64,000 bases of DNA from Thermodesulfovibrionia bacterium (lineage in GTDB: Bacteria > Nitrospirota > Thermodesulfovibrionia > UBA6902). The notes under the pieces were generated by a model. That model was not told the origin of the DNA and ran no database searches. It saw only the letters and a list, made by a program, of their open reading frames with translations. Below are positions 56,505-64,000 of the stretch, piece by piece. The first letter of the stretch is position 1; every line of letters starts with the position of its first letter. The DNA lies in contig JAUSMY010000056.1 in assembly GCA_030646035.1 (NCBI GenBank), positions 5,481-69,480 on the forward strand. Direction: 5' to 3'. A program made the position numbers and the translations under genes.

Positions 56505-58163
56505 ATGATCAGGTATAGTTCAGACAATGCCAAGCGTAAGCCCTGTCTTAAAAGCCGCCCGAGTTATTCTGCTTTATTTTCATCTGTTTTTATTTCATCA
56601 TTCTCACGGATTTTAATTCTATCTTTTATCCTCTGCATTTCAGGCTGTACAACTTTTATAAAAGATGAGTCTCTAAGGGATCAAAAGCAGGCTCTTTTCA
56701 ACAGCCAGATCGTCTTATATCTTAACGGCCCTGACAAGACATCGCTGGATATCAGTTTTATACTTTCAGGCGTCAGCGTCATGTCTAAGGACGGGAATTA
56801 CAGCGATGTTATTGATAAGCCTGTTGCAGTCAACTCTTTTAAAATAAAGGGGCATCAGGTTCTGCTTGGCGAGATACGGATTCCTGAGGGTGAATATAGA
56901 AAGCTGAAGTTTACGATCACAGATGCTTCTATCAAGAGTCATGAACAAACCGCAACACTTGCTCTCCCCCCTGAAGTCATTGAAGTCCCTATTAATTTAA
57001 TAGTGCGTGAAAATCAGAGTGAAGCGCTTTTTGTTAAATGGAACCCGGATGGTTCTGTTGATGAAGGATACATGTTCAAGCCGTTGTTTTCCATAACTTC
57101 AAAAGCTCCTGAACTTAGCAGCCTGCTGGTTTATGTTACCAATGAGGACTCAGGCAATGTCTCTGTAATAAACAGGCAGTCAGGAGAGGTTGTCGGCAGC
57201 ATCATGGTGGGAAAGAAGCCCAGGGGGATAATTGCCGGCCTCAGAAAAGAACGCCTTAAGATATATGTTGCGAATTCAGGTTCAAACAGTGTGTCAGTTA
57301 TTGATCCCGCAACCAACAGGGTAGAACAGGAGATACCCATAAGGCTTGGCAGGGGGCCTGAGGGTATTGCGGTTGCAGAGGTGTCTTCCAACAGGGAACT
57401 CGTATTTGTTTCGAATTATGACTCAAATATGGTATCGATCATTGACCCTGTTACTTTTCATGAGGTTGATAATGTCAGCGTCGGGAACGGGCCTATAGCG
57501 GTGGCGGCAGACCCGCCTCTTATAGAACTGTTCAGTTCAAGATTTCTTGACCCTTCAGAGATCAGCATTCTTCGGAACTACCGTACTAAGTATCTTAATG
57601 TGTATGTTGCGAACAAGAACTCAAACAGTATTTCTGTTCTCAAAGTAAATATTCTCAATAACAGGGTTGAAGATGTCCTTAATATTGATGTCGGGTGGAG
57701 TCCTATAGCGCTTTTTGTTGATTACAGCAGAGGCAGGCTCTATGTTGCCAATAATGATTCTGACAGGATCTCTGTTATTGATATCGTCTCAATTGTTAAC
57801 GGGGATTCTTCGGGCAGTATTAATTATATTGATAATATCGGTTCCTCTGCTATTGGAGTTGCTGTAAACCCTGTCTTTGACAGGGTTTACATTCTTAAAG
57901 AGATGCCTTCAGAGATAATGGTCATCAATTCATATTTTGAAGGTTCCGGGAACTCAAGGTCTCTCATAAGTCCGATAATTAACAGTATCCCTGTGGGTGA
58001 TTCTCCCAGAACCTTTATGCTTGATCCTCAGTCAAGGAAACTCTATGTTGTCAGCAGAAGCTCGGACAGCGTTTCTGTTATCAATACCATAAACACCATT
58101 GAAGAGAAGGCAATACCGGTCGGCAGGAACCCATACGGAATAGCAATGTTTTCTGAGCAGTGA
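56505..58163 (+). CDS. YVTN-family beta-propeller repeat protein (membrane-anchored/secreted)
   Basis: N-terminal TM/signal. Multiple 40-residue YVTN-like repeats (LYVANSGSNSVSVIDPATNRV; VFVSNYDSNMVSIIDPVT; VYVANKNSNSISVL; LYVANNDSDRISVIDI; LYVVSRSSDSVSVINT). Confidence 0.65.
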   Translation: MIRYSSDNAKRKPCLKSRPSYSALFSSVFISSFSRILILSFILCISGCTTFIKDESLRDQKQALFNSQIVLYLNGPDKTSLDISFILSGVSVMSKDGNYSDVIDKPVAVNSFKIKGHQVLLGEIRIPEGEYRKLKFTITDASIKSHEQTATLALPPEVIEVPINLIVRENQSEALFVKWNPDGSVDEGYMFKPLFSITSKAPELSSLLVYVTNEDSGNVSVINRQSGEVVGSIMVGKKPRGIIAGLRKERLKIYVANSGSNSVSVIDPATNRVEQEIPIRLGRGPEGIAVAEVSSNRELVFVSNYDSNMVSIIDPVTFHEVDNVSVGNGPIAVAADPPLIELFSSRFLDPSEISILRNYRTKYLNVYVANKNSNSISVLKVNILNNRVEDVLNIDVGWSPIALFVDYSRGRLYVANNDSDRISVIDIVSIVNGDSSGSINYIDNIGSSAIGVAVNPVFDRVYILKEMPSEIMVINSYFEGSGNSRSLISPIINSIPVGDSPRTFMLDPQSRKLYVVSRSSDSVSVINTINTIEEKAIPVGRNPYGIAMFSEQ

Positions 58164-58202
58164 TTTAAGTTATTTATCAGAGAGTGATCAAATAACTCTT
58201 TT

Positions 58203-60470
58203 TTGGCCAGTGTAACTATGCAGATAATCAAATTTAAGACCATAGCTCTGTCAATACTTTTCTTATGTATTGTTCCCTCTGTATCATCAGCCGCGCTTAC
58301 AGGAATGGGGAATATTGAGAATACAGTTTCTGAGGCGGTTAATGACGGTGAAAAGACTTTAACTAATTCTACGCAGAAGAATCTCAGGCTTTCGTTTTCA
58401 AGACATATAAACGAATTGTTATCATACAATCTGGAGTTAAGGACAAATTATTCGGATTCTGATACAGAAGACCCTTACGGATTAACCACCACCACTTCCC
58501 AAAAAACACTTGAACCCGGTATCAATCTGTCATTAAAAAACCCGATGTATGAGATCAGTACCGGTTTCAGGAGGCGTGAGGTGATGTTCTCCGGGACTTT
58601 CGTAAGCGATGAAAACAAGAGGATACGGGACAACTTTTATAGTGTTTTCAAGGTGAATCCTGTGGCGCTTCCTTCGCTGTCGGCGGAGTTTAACAGGGAG
58701 AATAATAATGACGGTGCATCTGTTAATAGCACCAGTAACGGGTATAATTTCAACTCGTTTTATAAGCTTCCATCGCAAGTGCTTGATTTAAGTATGTATC
58801 TTAACTATTCACATAGAGCATATCAGGATCCGCTGAGTGTAACTTATAAAAGTGTAAGAGATGATTTTTCAGGGCATTACAGGGTGGGGCATTCAAGAAA
58901 ATTTCTTGACAGCAAGCTCTTTTTTTCTGCTGCGTATGACGGCAATTTTACAAGAAGTACCGGAGAGAGCTTTTCTAACATGACCGGTGATGTACTTTTT
59001 GAGAGGACAGGAGTCGGCTTATACGCGCAGGGGACGTTCTTAGAACCTGACGTTGATAATCTCTCTTCAAAGCCCGGCCTGACCGATCCGGATCTTATTA
59101 CCTCTACAGGCATCGGCCTCAGCAGTTATGGTTTTGATGAATATCAAAACATGGGCATCCAGGTCTCCAAGGCCGATGCTGTTGACAGGTTATATATATA
59201 TGTCAACAAAAATGTAAGCGGTGATCTTAACCTTACTCTACCCGGCAACTGGAAGGTATATTGGAGTGATATGAATCTGATCGGCACATGGAGTCCGATA
59301 GGTATTATCGGTATAAGTGTATCTGTTTTCGATGCAGCTAATAATATTTACCGTTATGAGATCAAGCTTGCGGCTCCAACAAAAGCTGTCTATTTCAAGG
59401 CGGTCAATATGGCTGTCAGCGGAGTGTCGAATGTTTTTGTAACTCAGATAGAGGCTTACGGCATAGAAGTTATCCCGGAGTCAGGTGTTCTCAAGAGTTT
59501 CAGCACATCTATATTCCAGAGGATCGATCTGTTATCTACATATCAGCCCTTCAGAAAGCTTAGATTCACCCTGAATTACTCTATAGATAAATCTGATCAA
59601 AACCCTTCATTAACAGTTGGTTCTTTTTCTTCTATTATCACAAGTATATTTTTAAAATCCAAAAGCAATCAAGACGATCCTGATTACAGCAGCAGAATTA
59701 CAAAGAGCTTTGCCTTTGGTTCTACCTGGCTGGCCCACAGGCTGCTGACCGCTGATTTCCGTATGCAGTTCAGCCAGGCATATGATAATACTTTTAAAAC
59801 TGATAGCGCCTCTAATAGTTACTCTTTGAAATTTGCTTATGTTCCGATCCCGTATCTTAACGCCAATCTTGCGCTGACACGGACTGAGTCAATGAGTTTT
59901 GAAGTAAAAGAATCGACTAATAATTCAGTCTTCCTAACAATAGGGTCAAGGCTTTACAAAGACCTTAATATGGTCACGGATATAGGATATACCAGTTCTG
60001 AAAATTTACTGTCTCTATCTCAATCTTCATCTAAATACATAAGCGGAGCCATTGATACTGACCTGACAACAAAGTTATCAGGCACGTTACGTTACGGTTT
60101 TAACTGGATGACAACTGATGCTGAACAGGTTCAATCCCGAAGCGGCTCTGCATCCATTACGTACAGGCCCGGAAAGTTTGTTAATTTGTCAGGCGATCTC
60201 AACTATTCCTCTTCTTCAGCAGGAAGTTCAGTGATCAGGGAGGTATTTGTTGCTGACTGGAGGCCTATTCCGGTAATACAGTTAGGCACCACTTATCGCC
60301 ATTCATATTCTCAGCCCGACAGTTTTACTGCAGATTATATCTCTTTCATCGGGACATGGCACATTAAGAGGTTTGCTGATCTTCAGACCTCATACTCTTA
60401 TGAGCAGAAACAGGAAGAGACTAAGAGCGAGAATAGCAGTGTAAACGCAGGATTGAGCTTAAGGTTCTGA
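58203..60470 (+). CDS. Large putative outer-membrane beta-barrel protein
   Basis: Signal peptide (…SVSSAA). S/T/Y/N-rich with alternating hydrophobicity. C-terminal ...LSLRF with a terminal Phe is typical of OMP barrels. Confidence 0.4.
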   Translation: MASVTMQIIKFKTIALSILFLCIVPSVSSAALTGMGNIENTVSEAVNDGEKTLTNSTQKNLRLSFSRHINELLSYNLELRTNYSDSDTEDPYGLTTTTSQKTLEPGINLSLKNPMYEISTGFRRREVMFSGTFVSDENKRIRDNFYSVFKVNPVALPSLSAEFNRENNNDGASVNSTSNGYNFNSFYKLPSQVLDLSMYLNYSHRAYQDPLSVTYKSVRDDFSGHYRVGHSRKFLDSKLFFSAAYDGNFTRSTGESFSNMTGDVLFERTGVGLYAQGTFLEPDVDNLSSKPGLTDPDLITSTGIGLSSYGFDEYQNMGIQVSKADAVDRLYIYVNKNVSGDLNLTLPGNWKVYWSDMNLIGTWSPIGIIGISVSVFDAANNIYRYEIKLAAPTKAVYFKAVNMAVSGVSNVFVTQIEAYGIEVIPESGVLKSFSTSIFQRIDLLSTYQPFRKLRFTLNYSIDKSDQNPSLTVGSFSSIITSIFLKSKSNQDDPDYSSRITKSFAFGSTWLAHRLLTADFRMQFSQAYDNTFKTDSASNSYSLKFAYVPIPYLNANLALTRTESMSFEVKESTNNSVFLTIGSRLYKDLNMVTDIGYTSSENLLSLSQSSSKYISGAIDTDLTTKLSGTLRYGFNWMTTDAEQVQSRSGSASITYRPGKFVNLSGDLNYSSSSAGSSVIREVFVADWRPIPVIQLGTTYRHSYSQPDSFTADYISFIGTWHIKRFADLQTSYSYEQKQEETKSENSSVNAGLSLRF

Positions 60471-60546
60471 TATGATTTTCTTAACGAAAAGCATAGTGTA
60501 TACTATATGCTTTAAATATTTTAATCTTATATAAGGGATAGTTAAA

Positions 60547-61137
60547 GTGGATTTAGCCGGAAATATTGTCAAAAGATCTTTTTTTAAGGTCCTTATAATC
60601 TTACTGCTGGCTGATATCGTGTTTTTATACGGTTGCGCAGTTAACAAATATTATAAAAAGCCAGATTATAATATTGCCCTTGTAAAAAAAGTAGCTGTAC
60701 TTCCTTTTGAGAACTTTGCTTCTGATAAATATGCAGGGGAGAAGATAAGGGAGAAGGTAGTTATTGAATTGCTGGCAAGCGGGTTTGAGGTTGTTGAAGA
60801 GGGAGAGGTCATGATGCAACTGACTCAGCTTAAGGTGCAGTCTGCTTCTTTATTGACTTTAGATGAGATCAAGAGCCTTGGGCAAAGCCTTGATGTGGAT
60901 GCGGTGATAAGGGGTTCTGTTTCAACTCTGGGGATAATAAAAGGGGCATCTGTTGAGTATCCTGAGGCTGCTTTGACCCTCAGGATGATAGAGGCAGAAA
61001 ATGGAGATACTGTCTGGTCTGTTTCAAATACTGCCGGCGGGCCGGGTTTTCTGACGAGGCACTTTGGTATTGAGGGAAAGACCCTTGATGAAGTGGCCCG
61101 GGAAGTTGTAAAAGAGTCTATTGATACATTAAAATAA
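60547..61137 (+). CDS. Lipoprotein with a TolB_N/CsgG/LpoB-like fold (VAVLPFENF motif)
   Basis: Lipobox LYGCA. The VAVLPFENFASD...LASGFEVVE pattern is shared with the next two genes. Confidence 0.4.
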   Translation: MDLAGNIVKRSFFKVLIILLLADIVFLYGCAVNKYYKKPDYNIALVKKVAVLPFENFASDKYAGEKIREKVVIELLASGFEVVEEGEVMMQLTQLKVQSASLLTLDEIKSLGQSLDVDAVIRGSVSTLGIIKGASVEYPEAALTLRMIEAENGDTVWSVSNTAGGPGFLTRHFGIEGKTLDEVAREVVKESIDTLK

Positions 61138-61175
61138 CAACTAATTTATATAATGTATATATATGATTTAATCTT

Positions 61176-61766
61176 ATGAAACTGATACATTTTAAAAGCT
61201 GGAGTTTATTGTTTCTTATGTTTTTGCTAGCGCCTATTTTGACAGGATGCGCGGGCTCAGTGACTTCTTATCATATCAAAGAGAATGTTGATTTCAGTTT
61301 CATAAAGAGAGTAGCAATTCTCCCGCTTGATAATTTTACATCGAACAAAAGTGCTTCTGAAGCGGTCAGGCAGGTAGTGACTACTGAGATGCTTGCTTCC
61401 GGATTTGTAGACGTTGTGGTTCCGGGAGATGTCATGGCAGCTATCAGCAGCATAGGTGTAAAGTCAATCTCATCTCCCAGCGTTGAGGAGATCAGGGCAT
61501 TGGGCAAATTTCTTAGAGTTGAGGCTGTTGTAACGGGTTCGGTTGATAATTACGCTGAAGTCAGGAGAGACAATGTAACAGTTGCTGAAGTATCTATCAC
61601 ATTGATGATGGTAGATACAGGCGCAGGTGATATACTCTGGTCTGTCTCAAAGACAAGTCCAGGAGCCGGTTTTATGGCAAGGCACTTTGGTGCAAGGACT
61701 CCCACTTTAAGTGAGACTACTTCAAACATCGTCAGGGAAGGCATAGCTACCCTGTCATCATATTAA
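61176..61766 (+). CDS. Paralogous lipoprotein (VAILPLDNFTS motif)
   Basis: Lipobox LTGCA. Architecture paralogous to 60547..61137, including a GPGF/GAGF C-terminal block. Confidence 0.4.
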   Translation: MKLIHFKSWSLLFLMFLLAPILTGCAGSVTSYHIKENVDFSFIKRVAILPLDNFTSNKSASEAVRQVVTTEMLASGFVDVVVPGDVMAAISSIGVKSISSPSVEEIRALGKFLRVEAVVTGSVDNYAEVRRDNVTVAEVSITLMMVDTGAGDILWSVSKTSPGAGFMARHFGARTPTLSETTSNIVREGIATLSSY

Positions 61767-61818
61767 TTCTATTTTGTATTTTTCCTTTAATGGCTGTTTT
61801 TGAATAGTTGAGCCTGAT

Positions 61819-62889
61819 ATGAAATTTATTAAATATATTGCGAAGCCATGTTTACTTATCCTGCCGATCTTTTTTTTTTATCTTTCCGAGACATCAGTAA
61901 AGGCATCGGACAGTCTATTATCTTCTGAAAAGCCTGAAATTAACAAAAGAGCTGTCGGGAAAAGAATAGCGATATTCCCTTTTGACAACTTTACTATTGA
62001 TGATAATGCGTTAAATGCTCTTATGCCAGTCATTCAGGAAGAGATGAAGGATCGCGGGTATTATGTAGTTGGGGAGCAGGAGCTTTATTCGAGTATTTGC
62101 AAGGATAGGATGCGGGAAACCGGGAACATATCAAAAGGGCTTGCTAAAAAAATATCTGATATTTTTAATGTAGAAGGGATATTGCTGGGCTCCATAGTAT
62201 CATACTCCGTAGAGGAGAAACCCAGGTTTGGGCTTATAGCCAGACTAATTGATCCATCTGACGGCTCTATACTATGGGCTGATTATTTCTCTGCCACAGG
62301 GGATGATTTCATCACGGTGCTCGGCCTTGGAGAGATCAAAGAGATGGATAAACTTATCCCGAAAGTTGTTAAAAGTCTGTTTGAATCATTCACTACAGAA
62401 ACGCCGCAAAAGGATGCCGCATACAGGATAGCTGTGATGCCGTTCATGAATGATACTGATTATAAAGATGCAGGCAAGATAGCCTCTCAGATGTTCGTGG
62501 TTCATCTTTTTAAAGATAGCAGTTTTATACCTGTAGAGTATGGGGAGGTCAGGAAGCAGTTAATTGATCTCAGGATCAGGGTTAAGGGGAATCTTGACTA
62601 TGCTACTATTACTGAGCTTACGAAAGTTATTGATGTGGATGGTTTTTTATTAGGTGAAGTCGGACTTTATTTTAACGGGGTGCAGCTCAATGCCCCTCCG
62701 GCGGCGTCTGTTTCCGCTAGGCTTATCGGATCCGTGAACAAAAAGATCCTTTGGTACGACCATGGTCAGATGAGCGGGGATGATGATGTTATAATATATG
62801 ACTGGCGCAGGCTCAGGTCAGTTGACAAAGTGGCAGATAAGATAGTTACAAAATTGGTTAATAATCTGGAGAAGACAAAATGGAACTGA
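61819..62889 (+). CDS. Tandem-domain lipoprotein of the same family (IAIFPFDNFT and IAVMPFMNDT domains)
   Basis: Two copies of the xAxxPFxNxT domain within one 356-aa protein. Confidence 0.4.
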   Translation: MKFIKYIAKPCLLILPIFFFYLSETSVKASDSLLSSEKPEINKRAVGKRIAIFPFDNFTIDDNALNALMPVIQEEMKDRGYYVVGEQELYSSICKDRMRETGNISKGLAKKISDIFNVEGILLGSIVSYSVEEKPRFGLIARLIDPSDGSILWADYFSATGDDFITVLGLGEIKEMDKLIPKVVKSLFESFTTETPQKDAAYRIAVMPFMNDTDYKDAGKIASQMFVVHLFKDSSFIPVEYGEVRKQLIDLRIRVKGNLDYATITELTKVIDVDGFLLGEVGLYFNGVQLNAPPAASVSARLIGSVNKKILWYDHGQMSGDDDVIIYDWRRLRSVDKVADKIVTKLVNNLEKTKWN

Positions 62890-62937
62890 AGAATAAATGT
62901 TTGCAGCAATATGTCGGATTTGTAAGCCCCTTTATCA

Positions 62938-64000
62938 TGATTTGTTTATTAGTATCAGCAGGGCTTCTTTCGGGCTGTGCTTCTATGGGTAAAAGAACAG
63001 ATGCACTTGCATATGTAGATGGGGATCCCATAACCAGAGATGACCTTTCATATTCATTAGGTGTTGAGCACAGGAGAGAGGACCTCTCTACCGCCAAAGC
63101 GCTTAATATAAGGGATTATCTGAATAAACTGATCAGTGATAGGCTAATCGTTCAGGAGGCACGCCGTATGGGTATACAGGAATACCCTGAGGCAAAAGAG
63201 AAGATCCAGGCATATATTCTTAGGGAGTCAGTATTGATGCTTCATGAAGATGAGATATTAAAAAAGGTTTCATTGATCCAAGAAGACGATATAAAGAAGT
63301 ATTACAAGGACAACTATAAGGTCTTTAAATTGGACGTTTTCGGCCTAAATACAAAAGAGGACGCATTAAAGCTTAAGGATATGGTCCTGCAGGGATCTGA
63401 TATAAGTCAGGTCTCAAAAGAGGATGCCGGTATCAACAGGATAGATGAAGGGAAAGAATTTACTTATAAGTCTCTTGCTCCGTCTATGCAGAAAGCAGTT
63501 TCAACGCTTAACCCTGGCGAGTACAGTGATGTTCTTGAGGTCAAAGGCGTTTATTATATCCTGAAACTCCTCAGTGTTGGGGATGCTCCTGATGACAAGC
63601 TTGAAAGCATAAGGGCTCATATAGTAAAGAGTCTCAGCACCCTTAAAGAAGAAGAGAGAAGCAATCAGTATCTTAAGGAACTGCGTGAACAGTCCTCCCT
63701 GAAGATCGATAATGACATTCTCTCATCTCTTAAACTCGGTGCTGAGGATGGCGAAAGAGCAAAGTTGGCTAATGACAGCAGGATCCTTGTAACTGTTAAT
63801 GGTGAGGTTTTGACTGTAGGAGAATTTATAGCTTTGCTGCCTCCTGTTATCAAGATCACTAATGAACAGCTCCTGAATAGCTGGATCACTCGTAAACTGG
63901 TGGATCAGGAGGCGTTGAGACGCCGCCATGACCTCCAGCCTAAACTTGAAGGGATGGTCAGGAGGTATGAGAACCAGGTCTTGCAAAATATGTATATCAA
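62938..64000 (+). CDS. SurA/PpiD-like periplasmic chaperone lipoprotein (SurA_N plus the start of a PpiC domain). The 3' end lies outside the window.
   Basis: Open frame from ATG 62938 to the window end. It is absent from the track because it has no stop. Lipobox LLSGCAS. The domain organisation resembles SurA/PrsA-type PPIase chaperones. Confidence 0.5.

Noticed and set aside
52992-62889. PEP-CTERM/exosortase system (PrsK/PrsR-like sigma54 TCS plus Wzy_C-TPR proteins)
   Set aside because: None of the downstream secreted proteins ends in a PEP-TM-basic C-terminal sorting signal, and no exosortase gene is present in the window.
1-64000. CRISPR arrays, rRNA genes, IS elements/transposases
   Set aside because: No short regularly spaced direct repeats, no rRNA-like conserved stretches and no DDE/transposase-like ORFs with terminal inverted repeats were seen. 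The only mobile element supported is the prophage.

Overview
The window is an AT-rich bacterial chromosome segment with a roughly 31.6 kb temperate siphovirus-like prophage (about 7.6-39.3 kb). The prophage is integrated next to a tRNA-Gln(CTG) gene and is flanked by host accessory loci.

Left flank (1-7.5 kb, about 33% GC):
- A His-Xaa-Ser-type RiPP-like locus: the tail of a SPASM radical-SAM gene, a second radical-SAM gene, and a secreted protein carrying HRSHRSHQSH plus a peptidoglycan-binding domain.
- A secreted SNase/Serratia-type nuclease fusion.
- An SGNH-hydrolase/TolB-propeller membrane protein convergent with an MBOAT O-acyltransferase.

Prophage (7.6-39.3 kb):
- Packaging, head and tail genes: TerS/TerL, portal-MuF fusion, protease/scaffold, decoration and lambda-E-like capsid proteins, Mu-like connectors, a 1215-aa beta-helix protein with tandem repeats, a tail tube gene, a G/GT-type -1 frameshift chaperone pair, tape measure, Dit and tip proteins.
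- A lysis cassette (XhlA-like, holin, GH24 lysozyme) placed unusually between the portal and head genes.
- A Mu Com-like zinc-ribbon protein and a duplicated leader hairpin element that shows compensatory G.U changes.
- Low-GC cargo forming a c-di-GMP module: two PilZ proteins, an HD-GYP phosphodiesterase and a putative MshEN-like receptor.
- A Panacea (DUF4065)-domain antitoxin with an unrecognised partner.
- A cI/early region with a near-consensus promoter and a candidate structured ncRNA, followed by excisionase and a tyrosine integrase.

Right flank (39.3-64 kb):
- UDP-glucuronate decarboxylase and a purN-purM-rnc-fabF-acpP-fabG block.
- A periplasmic heme-c sensor kinase with a sigma54 NtrC-type regulator, and a candidate sigma54 promoter further downstream immediately ahead of the cytochrome genes.
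- Two Wzy_C/TPR membrane paralogs.
- Two paralogous secreted multiheme cytochromes with atypical CX4-5CH motifs.
- NHL and YVTN beta-propellers, a large outer-membrane beta-barrel candidate, three paralogous TolB_N/CsgG-like lipoproteins and a SurA-like lipoprotein.

No rRNA or CRISPR was found. All functional calls rest on motifs recognised by eye and on gene order; no database searches were run.
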